Assembly: GCA_025201805.1 (NCBI GenBank)
Contig: MU619260.1
Span: 119,569 to 183,568, forward strand
Source of the DNA: Parasitella parasitica NRRL 2501
Lineage: Eukaryota; Fungi; Mucoromycota
Reading direction: 5' to 3'
Length of the DNA stretch: 64,000 nt
This document shows positions 50,834-62,600 of the stretch, piece after piece. Under the pieces are notes generated by a model that was not told the DNA's origin, searched no databases, and worked only from the letters and a program-made list of their open reading frames with translations. Numbering within the stretch: position 1 is the stretch's first letter; the number at the start of each line of letters is the position of its first letter. A program made the translations under genes and the position numbers.

Positions 50834-53800
50834 CTAAAAGCTAAATGCATTGTTCTTTTGCATTTCCCATATTTTAGAATCGTAGGTGCTACAAACATTA
50901 AGTAGTAATGGTATATCGTTTTGTTTCAGCCTATGAAAACTTTATCAGTAAATTTGAATAGAGAAATCATGCTGTGCAAAAACTATTACCCTAATTTCGT
51001 GGCAAGACTTGCTAGATTATCCACAGGGAAGATAGTGTCATGTGCCGCAGCTTCTTGAACCAAGTCTTGCAGCATTACACTGTATAAATAAACCAATTGT
51101 AAACTGTCTTCTAAATAACTAATGATCTGGTATACACTTGTGTCAGGACCAAAGAAGTTTCAAATATAGGGGTATGCTTACGTCTTCAGAGCATGACGGA
51201 TCACCATTATTATCATCATATTTCTGTTTCATAGTAGCCAACATTTCATAAACAAGGTTAGACATTTCAATGACTTGCCAATTGCCACTTGGGTTCGACT
51301 TTTTTATCGACGTTGGTATATTAGACGGCGTATCAAGCAATGTGTCAGGTGTTTTGTGGTTCAAAACTCGGCATTTACTACATATGATATCAGTTGACTC
51401 TTGTGGACAGCAGTGCATTCAGTATCTTACAAGTTGTTCGTGTCTATGGCCAAACAAGAAGCCTCAAAAATGGAGTCAGAGAGCGTAAATTGTTCCAGTG
51501 TACTGTGCAAATCAGTATCCAATACAGATGTTGGAGGCAATGTGGGAATCCCCATCAAAACAAAATCAGACTTGTAGGCGTCACAATAAGAAGCCATCAG
51601 GGAGCGGCCATATGATTTTGCGTATAGGCGGTCGATTCTGGTGGTAAAGGTTGATGAAGCACAAGTGCTTGTGGAATTAGAATGGGGGATATCGCCTTCT
51701 GTTTGTGGATTCTCCTGTTGCTCCTGTTGTTGTTGTGTAATGTCTGGTTCCATACGAGTTATGGTTGATCTGTGGCAGAAATAGAGTTAATTGAACAGTA
51801 TGTTTAGAATACAATTTTTTTTTTTTTACTTCGGCATGGAAACATGATAGCATTCGTTAGGTGAGACAAACGTAGGCTGCAGTTCAAGTGATAGAGATGA
51901 TGGTGATGATGACACAACAACAAAAGGATCTGGAGACCACGGTCTTTCATCTGTGTCACTCAACCATCTGGAGGTGCTTTTTAGTGAGTTTGTAGAATCG
52001 ATAGAGGAAGAAGCGGCATAGACATCACGGCTAATACTAGTCGCGGTTGCAGCTGTCGATGATGCATTTCGAGGAATAGCTATTGATTCCACATCTCCCG
52101 TTAAATGTCGCGCAATCTTGTCTTCAAACTTGTGTTCGCTGTTTACATCGTCCAGTTCTCGGCTAAAAATGGACTCTGAAGAGACTGAAGTTGATAGCAT
52201 GTCAGGTTTATTCTTGGTTCGACTTTCGGTGTTCTCGTACACTTCGTTACAACGAATGAAATAACTTAATATGTATAAAATCCTTCGAACAACACTTGGT
52301 TTCAGTCCAACCACCAATGTCCTTGTGACCCTTGAGGGTGTGCCAACAAATCCATACAAATCACTGTGCGCCAGTTAAGTCGATGATTTTGTATTTCTGC
52401 CAAGGTCATACATACCTCAATTGAGCCCATAGTGGGTCGTAGTTTCCATGATGGCACCCAAAATGCTAGATAATAATAATAACAATGATAGAGAAAATGA
52501 GTTCATGGCAATACCAAACGACCCATCACGAATATTACTTGATTTGCTTCAGGGGGAACAACAGTATGCACCCAGGATAAATGATGCATAAGCACCCCTG
52601 TTAGTAATGTGGATATGAAATAATTGTGTGCCTTATTATCAAACTGCTGAATTAATCGCATTAATTCCTTTATTAGACTAGCGTCATAATCAGGCTTCTT
52701 TTGAGGAAACGTTGACATGTTTAACCATAAGGGTTCCTATATTTTATGTAAGATTGTATGCAAAAAATTCATATTGAACTTACTTGTATTCGCGGTGTCA
52801 GATAGAGATCAAAAAACGATTTTTTAAACTGACTGGATGCCTCTAATAGAAAAGTATCGTTTTGGAATGCATTAAGACCAAGAGATATCGTGCTAGATCT
52901 TTTTCGAGGTTGTAAATGAGGCGAGGGATGATGTTTGAAATATTGATACAATTGTTTGAAAGCAACTGCTTGGAACTGGTGCAATCTATTTTCAATCAGT
53001 GCAAAATGAGAGAATATAAAGTCGTAAAGTGTTTCATTTTTATCCTTTAGAGTGATGACAACTGCAACCGCAAATTTGACTGATCTTGATGTTTGTCGTA
53101 CAGGCTAAGAATGACCAAAAAAGTTAGTATTCACCCAAAACTCTTGAATGCCAAATGTAACCCACGTTTTCTATGGCAGATATTCTAGTTGTTGGTAAAG
53201 GCGTTGGATTAAACAAGCCATTTTCCATGTTCGTTTGCGCAAATTTACGTGTGCGCTTTGTCGATATGAATACAGGTTGGTAATAAGAATGGGAGTAATG
53301 ATCATCGTCACTTGATTGCTCAGATGCATTATCTTCGCAAAGAGATGAATTAGCTAAAAACGAAGTTGTTGACCTATCACTGTTTATAGATGAAAATGAT
53401 GTCCTCCGCATGCTATCGGATGTATATAGTGAGGATGGCGATTGATAATTGTTTAGCGTAAACACTTTAGATATGATGATCTGTGGATTTTTGTCTTTTT
53501 TGTAGTAATGCACTTTTGTATTCATGCCTTTGTAGGCTAATGGTGCAGTGCCGAATATCATTTCTCCCGTTAAATCAAGTTTCCGATGATTCTATGGACA
53601 AGTTCCAGTTAGTCTATGTAAGGTTGTGCCAAATTTCTATCATTTACAGGCCGTGTATGTTTCTGTTGATCTGACAAGGATAGAGATGGCATAGTTCTCA
53701 TATAAGAAGGTCTCCAATCATGGCGCTGATCTTTGAATGAACCTAATTCCATGCTGCCATGTCTGCCAGATGACTGATACTGTGAGCCATTCCAGGAACG

Positions 53801-54130
53801 AGCTAGTGCAATGCCAGCATCATTGTTGTTTAGAAAATAATCCGAATCGTATAGAATAGTTTTGTTAGAGTCTCCAACATCTTGGCAGAATAAGACTCGA
53901 AGATGATCTTCTTGCAATTCGGTAGGCTGCCATCTATTTGGTTGTCATGGTAATTAAAATCTGACACCTCCTTTGCTCTATTCTCCCCTCTTCCCCCCCC
54001 CCCTCTCACTCGATCTCATTCATGTTATAATTATCATTTTTATTTACGGTTGAGTTTCTACTAGCATTTGACTATGACTGTCGTCTGTATCTCTTGAAAC
54101 AGTTTTGTTTCGAAAGAGTCGCTGCAGCAT
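50834..54130 (-). CDS. Folliculin-interacting protein (FNIP / Lst4 family), multi-exon
   Basis: LRVLFCQD, GEMIFGTAPLAYKG..TKVH, PRIQEPLWL, LMHHLSWV, YDPLWAQLSDLYG, LSYFIRC and GRSLMA. Confidence 0.88.
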
Positions 54131-55089
54131 TTCCTTCTTTTTACTTTGGAGTTCTCCTCTTTGCTTTTAAATAAATGAAAATAAATGGAAAAAGAGTATG
54201 CAAATAAAAACAAAAAAAAAGAGAGAAAATTAATAGCAATGTTTCAAAAAAGGAAAAAATATTCAAATCCCAGACTTCTTGTCAATCATCATTCACCAGT
54301 AGTCTTTGATGCATGCGTTGCTGTTTGCTATTTAAAGATAGGTCACATGCTATCTATTACAACCGGATCAGGGCTGGACCATTTTACATTGATCTTTTTT
54401 GGTCGCCCTGATAAAATCAAGCCAGATTTTCGTGCATGCTATAAGCTTAAAGCATAATCATTATTTTGAGACCACTAAAAAAGGTTATAATTGGTATCAT
54501 AATATTATAAATATGTTGCGATCCTCAAAATATAGTTTTTCATAACCAAGGTTGATATAGGACATTCTTTTCGAGTAAAGTACAATTATGTTCCATAATA
54601 GACCTTTTTAGAGAATACTCGTCTGTCTTTATATACGATCAAATAAAGCTAGCATTACCACTGATAATTCCAGCTAGCGTCATATACTAATATATATTTA
54701 TATCGTGTATAAATAGTATGTGTTCATGAGGGAGAGAATTAATTCAATTCATCTTCGTGTATATGGTTCATAGCTTTTTAATCAAGAAATTCAAAAATAT
54801 GTTAATGAATAAAATTTATGTTCCTTTGATCTTATGCGATCAATACTTGATGCTTATCAGCACGGTAAAACTAAAAGAAGAGGGGGTTTTCATTAATGCT
54901 GCAGTAAAGAATGTAATGTCGATCAATAGTAAAGGCACAGACATACAAACAAACAAAAAGCGAAAGATTGATTATGACAATATAGTTTTATTATTATATT
55001 ATTGATGAATATGATCATGTAATGAATTTATGTTAATGATGAATGATTAAACCAGATGTAAGGAAGGTAAAAATGCAGGCTTTTTTTTT

Positions 55090-55767
55090 CTAGTTGAGGG
55101 CATTGATATCATGAGCAATGTCGTTAGCATTGAGGTCATCGAGGTTAACGACACCTTGAAGAGCGTTTTGGAAGTTGAGATCACCAGTACCAATGTGACC
55201 AGCATCAACATCAACAAGAGATCCATCATCGTTGTCATCATTGTTGCCACCGTTGTTACCACCGTTGTTGCCACCGTTGTTGCCACCGTTGTTGCCACCG
55301 TTGTTGCCACCGTTGTTGCCATGATCACCGTCATGGTTACCACCGTTGTTACCACCGTTATTGCCACCATTGTTACCACCATTATTGCCACCATGGTTTC
55401 CACCGTTATTGCCACCATGGTTACCACCGTTGTGTCCACTGGGATAATCGTCATCATAATCACTGCAACCACGAGGGCGACAGCCACCATTATCTTCTCC
55501 ATTATCTCTATCTTCATTGTCGATGCCATTACCGCCATCATACCAGTCCTCGTCATCATTACCGCCCTCGTAGTCATCATCATCTTCCCATTCACCATCA
55601 TGTTCATCGTCCCAATCCTCAGCATCTTCGTGATCACCATGATGGCCGATTTCATGATCACCGCCATCATGATCACCGAGACCATTGCCACCATGGCAAG
55701 GAGCAGCAGATGTAACCATTACCAAAAGGGCAAGAGTAGCAATGCAGAGTTGAGTAAGACGAGCCAT
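55090..55767 (-). CDS. Secreted low-complexity Gly/Asn/Asp/His-rich repeat protein
   Basis: Signal peptide ending VTSA-AP, acidic His-rich block, GGNN/GGNH repeats and upstream TATA. Confidence 0.85.
   Translation of the reverse strand: MARLTQLCIATLALLVMVTSAAPCHGGNGLGDHDGGDHEIGHHGDHEDAEDWDDEHDGEWEDDDDYEGGNDDEDWYDGGNGIDNEDRDNGEDNGGCRPRGCSDYDDDYPSGHNGGNHGGNNGGNHGGNNGGNNGGNNGGNNGGNHDGDHGNNGGNNGGNNGGNNGGNNGGNNGGNNDDNDDGSLVDVDAGHIGTGDLNFQNALQGVVNLDDLNANDIAHDINALN
55243..55432. repeat. 12-bp tandem repeat encoding GGNN/GGNH
   Basis: Variants of ccaccgttgttg, about 14 units in two blocks. Confidence 0.9.
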
Positions 55768-55848
55768 TTTTATAATATTGTTCTAATGTATTATTGAGTG
55801 AAGTAGTGAATAATGAAAAAAAAAAAACTTTGAACTAAATGGATCTGG

Positions 55849-55856
55849 TTTATATA
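55849..55856 (-). promoter_or_regulatory. Putative TATA box of the secreted repeat gene
   Basis: TATATAAA on the minus strand ~80 bp upstream of the ATG. Confidence 0.45.
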
Positions 55857-56420
55857 CATTTTGAATGGATTGGATTGATAAGCTTTTACAATTGACTTTT
55901 TTCCCCTCCCCTCTCCCCTCCCCCTTTACATAATATTCAATCGCAATTAACCCTTTGTATGTAGAGCAAAATTCCAGTCTTTGAATATGACTTTAAATCA
56001 CGGATCATTCATATTTATCACTATGAAAGGGGGTACTATATTGAGTGTCAAGTCTCAATATGGAAATTCATTAAATTGACATATCCGAGGAAACTAGTGT
56101 TAGTACCGATCAGCATTTACACTTGGATTTAAATAAGATTATCCTCATTTCCTCAAGATATAAACTGTCCTAATAAAGTTGCAGCACTGAGAAAATATGA
56201 AGGATTCACCAGCTTGAAAGTCTTTTTTTTTTTTTTCGATTGATTAAAACGTACATAAATTAAAAGTTTTCATTAAAAATGTTGCTTTCAGCTTTTTCAC
56301 CATAATGTAAATTCACAATATACACCTCCGTTGCTACATCTATCCATTATTATACATATTATTTTGATATTTTTGGAACGAAATGTCCCCTGCCACTCCT
56401 CTTTTTTATTTTCCAAATAA

Positions 56421-57170
56421 TCACAATTTGTATTCGGAGTAAGATTCCTTTCTTAATTTGGCTGCTGCTGCATGATCGATAAACCAATATACCTTGCCAA
56501 CAGGCTTGACTCTTTGACATGGTAGATTCTTTTCGGGCTGCTCAATAATTTGCTGGACCATGTCCTTCTTACTATCACCAGCAGTGACAAATACAACCAA
56601 TTGGGAGTTATTGACAACTGGGTAAGTCAGCGTAATACGCTCTGGTGGAGGTTTGGGAGAGTCAGTAATAGGCGCCACCCATCGCGTTTGCTCGTCCAAC
56701 AAGGGATGACCAGGAAACAAGGAGCAACAGTGGCCATCCGGACCCATTCCTAACAAGAGCAAATCAAAGCTAGGCAATTCATTGAAAAAGGCCTTGAGCT
56801 GCTGCTCGTATTCAGTAGCCGCGTTATCTGCATCTTTTGCAACTGCATATGCCTCATTGATGAAATGAATGTTTTCTTGAGGAATTCCAGGGATTTGGTC
56901 AAGGAGAGATTTCTTTACTTCCAAATAATTGGAATCAGGATCGCCATGAGAAACACAACGCTCATCAGCCCAGAAAATATGCCACTTGTCAAACTCGACA
57001 TTCTTGTTGTGGGCCAATTCCTTTGATAAAATCTTGGGCAAAGATCCCCCAGATATGGCAACGGAAAGATGGCCATGATCAGCAATAGCTTTGCTTGAAA
57101 CCTTCTCTACAAATCTATTGAGACCGCTGGAAAGCGCATCTCCATTCTCGAATGAGTAGACAACTGGCAT
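56421..57170 (-). CDS. SOL3: 6-phosphogluconolactonase, intronless
   Basis: ISGGSLP, ADERCV, DSNY, LLGMGPDGH.CSLFPGH and DSPKPPPERITLT. Confidence 0.93.
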   Translation of the reverse strand: MPVVYSFENGDALSSGLNRFVEKVSSKAIADHGHLSVAISGGSLPKILSKELAHNKNVEFDKWHIFWADERCVSHGDPDSNYLEVKKSLLDQIPGIPQENIHFINEAYAVAKDADNAATEYEQQLKAFFNELPSFDLLLLGMGPDGHCCSLFPGHPLLDEQTRWVAPITDSPKPPPERITLTYPVVNNSQLVVFVTAGDSKKDMVQQIIEQPEKNLPCQRVKPVGKVYWFIDHAAAAKLRKESYSEYKL

Positions 57171-57377
57171 TTTTTGTTATTTAGGATAAACAAAGTTCAC
57201 AATCTCTTTTTTTTTTTATTTAAAAAAAATAATAATATTTCGACGTCATTTTTTCGTGATAACTGACTGGTTTGAGCATGTATTTTGAAAGGAGTGGAGC
57301 GTTGTTGACTTTTTGGTAGTGGTGATGTTGATGGTTGTTGGTGTTGTATGATTTATATATTCGCTTTAACATAAATT

Positions 57378-58933
57378 TTATACAGACTCCATTTTAGCAT
57401 CTGCAGAGTCTTGACTTCTTGAGCGACGTCTTTCAGTGGGACTGACAGAACGACGACGGTTTGCTGGACTAACGGATCTTTTGCGGCTGTTTGATCTACG
57501 ACGACTGGCCGAGCGAGAACGGCTGTCTGAACGACGTCGAGGGCTACGAGAGCGTCTGTCGCTGCGACCACGTTTAGGAGGGCTACGAGAGCGTCTAGGG
57601 CTACGAGATCTAGGAGAGCGAGATCTACGTCTTCTGGACGAACTGCCAGCGTTTTCAGCCTTCTCACTACGTACGATCTTACTTTAGGAACGAAATGGAA
57701 AAAGATTGTTTTATACTTACGGACAATCACGAGCTCTATGACCAGATTCACCACATTCACTATGTATAAATGTAAATTTCACGCACTATATATCATCAAT
57801 AAATGAACTTACAAACAGCAACCTTTTTGGAATCTCATGGCACGTTCACCACTGTCAAGGAATAAGCATTAGAATTTGGATGCTTAAAAATAGCTCGAGC
57901 AATACTATACCTTCCCTTGGGCAAAGAGCTAGAAGATTTTGTATCATTAGTTGGAGTTGATACGGGACCACAAACTATGTAACTTTTTAACTTACCATTC
58001 ATTAGCACTGTATAACATTATTTTTTTTGTAAGATATTGATCAGTAAGTCTATCTCTTGCTTCCTATTTCATTCAATTACTTACATGTGACCTAATATGC
58101 AATATTAATCAGACTAAAGAAAATTATGGATTGCAATAATAACTTACCAAATTCGCCACAGTTGTAACATCTGTCACCACCATCGTTGTTATCGAACTTT
58201 CTACCTCTGTCTCTATCGAAATCACGGTCGCGATTATCACGGCTATAGCGATCACGACGACTATCACGATCACGATCACGATCGCGGTCTCCCCTGTCGC
58301 TCCTATCATTTCTGTCACTTCTGTCACCTCTGTCACTTCTGTCACCTCTGTCACTTCTATCACCTCTGTCATTTCTGTCACGTGCACGATTAGCTACTTG
58401 GACAATCAGTCTTTCGTCTTCCAACTTGTGGCCATTAAGTTCTTTGGCAGCATCTTCAGCATCTATTCAATAGTTGTCTTTAGATTTAACTCAAGCATCT
58501 CTCGAGGCCATCCGTAATTTTTTTTTTTTTTTTTTTTTTTTTTTTNNNNNNNNNNNNNNNNNNNNNNNNNNNNNNNNNNNNNNNNNNNNNNNNNNNNNNN
58601 NNNNNNNNNNNNNNNNNNNNNNNNNNNNNNNNNNNNNNNNNNNNNNNNNNNNNNNNNNNNNNNNNNNNNNNNNNNNNNNNNNNNNNNNNNNNNNNNNNNN
58701 NNNNNNNNNNNNNNNNNNNNNNNNNNNNNNNNNNNNNNNNNNNNNNNNNNNNNNNNNNNNNNNNNNNNNNNAAAAAAAAAAATACAGCGTCAACACAAAG
58801 ATCATTTTTGCAACTATTTTGAGCACTCACCAACATAAAGTCTACAGGGGTTGGGTCTTCCTCTATCGCCGCCTCTCTCTTCTCTATCTCCTCTTTCTCC
58901 TCTATCACGATCTCTGTCTCCTAAATACGACAT
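57378..58933 (-). CDS. SR-family RNA-binding protein: RRM + two CCHC zinc knuckles + RS domain (part of the RRM in the N gap)
   Basis: CRLYV...DAEDAAKELNGHKLEDERLIVQVA. Spliced sequence [14 protein letters not shown]...[15 protein letters not shown], then an RSRSPR tail. Confidence 0.85.
58252..58380. repeat. Coding tandem repeats (DRGDRS, RD dipeptides)
   Basis: 9/18-bp units ctgtcacct/ctgtcactt and atcacg repeats. Confidence 0.8.
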
Positions 58934-59693
58934 TATTGGAAACAATAAGGTTCTTTCTTGTTTATAGCAAAAAGAAAGAAAAATCTTTCAGCAGTAGATG
59001 TGTGTAGGTATTAGCAATTTTTCAAAGAGGGCATAAAGTAGTTCAAACAGTCACTGTTGTCGACTTCAACGTCATTTAGTTGTTTGCAACGAAAGGGTTC
59101 ACCCGGATGAATTCTTTGAATCAAGTAATGTCGAAATACATGATGAATTAACAATTTTCAAGCGTTTCTTTCGGATAACAAGAGCACATTTACTAATTAA
59201 CAACTGATTGGAAATGGTATCATTACAAGACGCATGTCCAATGAAAGCTGATCTGTAGGCTGCATAGCGGATCCGAAGGAACTTATGACTGAATGAGCCA
59301 TCAAATTTCTATTATCAACCTTATATTTCCGTGTCATGCAGGTTACTTGAGTGTAGTCATCAAAGTGGGCATTCTTGGAAAATATAAATTAGCTTAAAAT
59401 CCGCGTACTATATGTATCGATAGTTACTTGTCGTATTCACAGCGGCCATTTACTGTTGGTTTGGCACACGTTCAACGCTGTCATTATTTACGTTATGTGC
59501 TCACAAAACCAAAGCTGTGTTGGCAGCAATCATAGGTCTATGAATGCCTCAGGGATATCTCGTATCATTAGAAGGCTTATTAGATCAAGGCCGTATGTTT
59601 GAATGCAAACGCGCAGTGAATTAGAGAACGTCACTGGCTTCAATAACACTCCTTTGCAATTTTTTCAAAGCTTCGTATTTTGCACTTTCTATT

Positions 59694-62600
59694 ATGAGCA
59701 AACCTAGCAATGATTTGCAGCTTGAAAAAGTGCTGAATATATTGGAGGAAAAGCGACAGAATCCGGGCAATTCCGATGTAGAAACCAGTTTCTTCAATAA
59801 AGCTCTTGAATACCTATTATTGGGTACTGTCAATCACTGGTGGTGCACTGACGCTACTCTACCCATCGCCCGCGAGTCTTTATGGCTGTTTTCCTTGCCA
59901 GATCATGATCCAGTCATTCAGTATAAAAAGAAACTTAATGCACAGTTAAGTTTATGTACATGCTGCGTGCAGGCATATCAAACTTCGAAGCATTTTGTCA
60001 AAGAAAGGTAAGGCTATTTTTTTTGTTTTGTTTTGCCCCAACAAAAGGGCTCTATTGTGTTGACATGCTGAATTAGATACGAAAAGACCTTTCCTGCCGA
60101 AACTGTGCAAGACTTCTTTCAAGTCATTGAACGTTTCGATGCAGACAGAGTCAAGTCAGTGTTCGAATCAGCACAAGAAGACAGCTTTAAAATGACAAGT
60201 GCAGTGATATCTGCCATTCTGGAAGTGATTTACGCTCCTTACCTGTTGAAAGATACTAGATGCGACCAATTGTTTGGGAGAATATTCGAGCTAATCCAGC
60301 AGACCAAATCATTCCCCACTTTTGGCAAAGACACGGCGACATGCATCTTTAAAATGTCATTTTACCACCATAGAATTGTTCGGTTTTGGGCTCGAAAATT
60401 GTTAGAAAAACTGATTACGGCGGACCAATACATGTTGTCAGAAGACGAGTTTTTGGAGGTGAAGCCATTGATACTGGGAACGCTTGCAGTGTTTAACACA
60501 AAAGATGGTTTTGAGCAAATAGCCAAAACATTCCCTTTTACGATTACTCAAGATTTTGGAGAGTATTGGAAAGCATTCAGGCTGGCCACTGGCATAGCAT
60601 CGTCAGAGATGCTACTAAAGTGCTTGCAAGAATCACACGTGTCTATGTCCAGTTTGATTAAAGAGCAGCTATCAACTAGTGCAGAATGGCTTGGAGAAAT
60701 ATTAAAGACTATGACAGCAATGCTGCTCAAAATGCAGGCCGGGTTTTGGGGCGATACAATCGACAATAGCACTGCATACTACAATATTGTAAAGCAAATC
60801 TGTGAGCATCCTGTGTTTCAAAGTGCCATGCTAATTGCAAGGGAAGGAAACACGGGTAAAATCCTTCAACGTGATGGAAGTCGATATCCAAATGATAAAT
60901 TGATGGCCAAGATCAAAAGCATGTTGGAGTGGATATACCCATTCTGGTCATCACTGCGACACACGACTGTGGAAAAGGATATCACTCAAAAGATTTTGGA
61001 TACGACATTTGGATATTTTCAGATGGATACGTGGGGCGTGATGAGTAAAGCCTATTGTGCTGAATTGGGCTTGCAGATCATAGACCAATGTTTAGCGGAT
61101 GATTCCGTGCCTGTGGATAAGCTGAAGGAATATGCAGGAAAGATGATTGAATTCGCAAAGACTGATGCAAAATCACTGCCTTCTCTAGTTCAGCATATGC
61201 CAGTAGTTGCGAGAAATATTCTTTCAGACCTTGTCAGTAGAGACACAATTTGTTTGAATAGGGCCTTTCAAATGATCTACCAAACAGACGATATCCCGAT
61301 TGATTTGGATGAAGAAGCATTGGATGAGCAAAAGAGATCACCGTATGAGAATACGTGGACATCAGTCAAGCTCTGCTACAACGAAAATGTTCAAAACCAC
61401 CCGTGGTTGGTCACCCTCTTGTTTAAAGCATATGCAAATATTGCTTCTTCAGATCTGCCTTCTCTTTACAATGACGCCCAAAATAGAGATGAACCGCTTT
61501 CTGATGAATGCAAGTATATTTTGTCGAGGTTTTCTGATTTTCGTTCTGTAGTAGCCAAGACATTAAAGGTTACGTGCAAGACTGATTGGCTCATTAGAAA
61601 GGAGATATCGACTCAGAGTGGTATGATTCAGCCAATGCTTCACTTGATATGCTCCCCATACTTGGAAATTAAACAAGACACCGTAACATTCATACAGCAA
61701 CACCCCAAAGAGTTCACTGATCAAGGCTTATTTCATGATTTCTTCTATATGTGTCAACCACTGAAGGTGCTGGAAGCTTTCGTTGCGATTTTGCGCGAAT
61801 TCACAGCCTTGACCAATAGCCCTAGCCTGAATATGTTTGACTCTGTGTCCTCTCTCTCGGCGTTTTTCTCGATTCAAGTTGATTTACTGACAAGCTCACC
61901 TAATGGATATCTAATGACATTGATTAAAATGGGTCCTGGCGCAGCAAAAGACGAAGATGGTCTTATTGGCGAATTTTGGGATGTCTGTTGGCGTACAATT
62001 ACTATTATACTGGAAAAAGGACTGCAATGGGCTTCACAATATAAGCCATCTACTGTCGTCAATTTGATTGTACCTATTCTGGATACTGCAACACAGATGA
62101 TGAACTTCAAGCAGCTTTTTGAAGAGGCTGTTGCAATTACACGTCAACCAGAGCAGATGGCTGTTGCTTATGACCACATTAATACTCTGACCGACTCGCT
62201 TTCGCATTGGATTTATGTTACCCGTCAAGATATGATTTCTCGTCTAATACCTCTTACAAATACTATTTTGTATACGTTGAGTAAGGCAGATGTCAAGATA
62301 TCTGTGGATGCCTACGATCGACTCATGACAGCTGCTACGGGCGTCAATAGTAGTAAACTGACTGCTGGTGAAAGAGAAAGCCTGTTTATGGCGCTTAAAG
62401 CCCACCAGCCCACCAATTACATCTTTTTGAAAGACGATAGCGATGATGAAGATGTAGAATGGCAAGCAATTAAGACTTCCAATAGCCAAGAAGCAGTAGG
62501 CGAAGCTCCTTCACCGGTGAGTAATTTGTCTGAGTCTAGTATTGTATCGTCTCGACCGGCAAGAAAGCGCCAAATCACTTTGGATCAAAGCTTTTCAAAC

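Noticed and set aside
55243-55432. CRISPR-like periodicity
   Set aside because: Coding tandem repeat without unique spacers, in a eukaryotic gene.
59140-59208. C/D snoRNA-like ATGATGA...CTGA
   Set aside because: No terminal stem or recognisable rRNA guide; would need snoscan/Infernal support.
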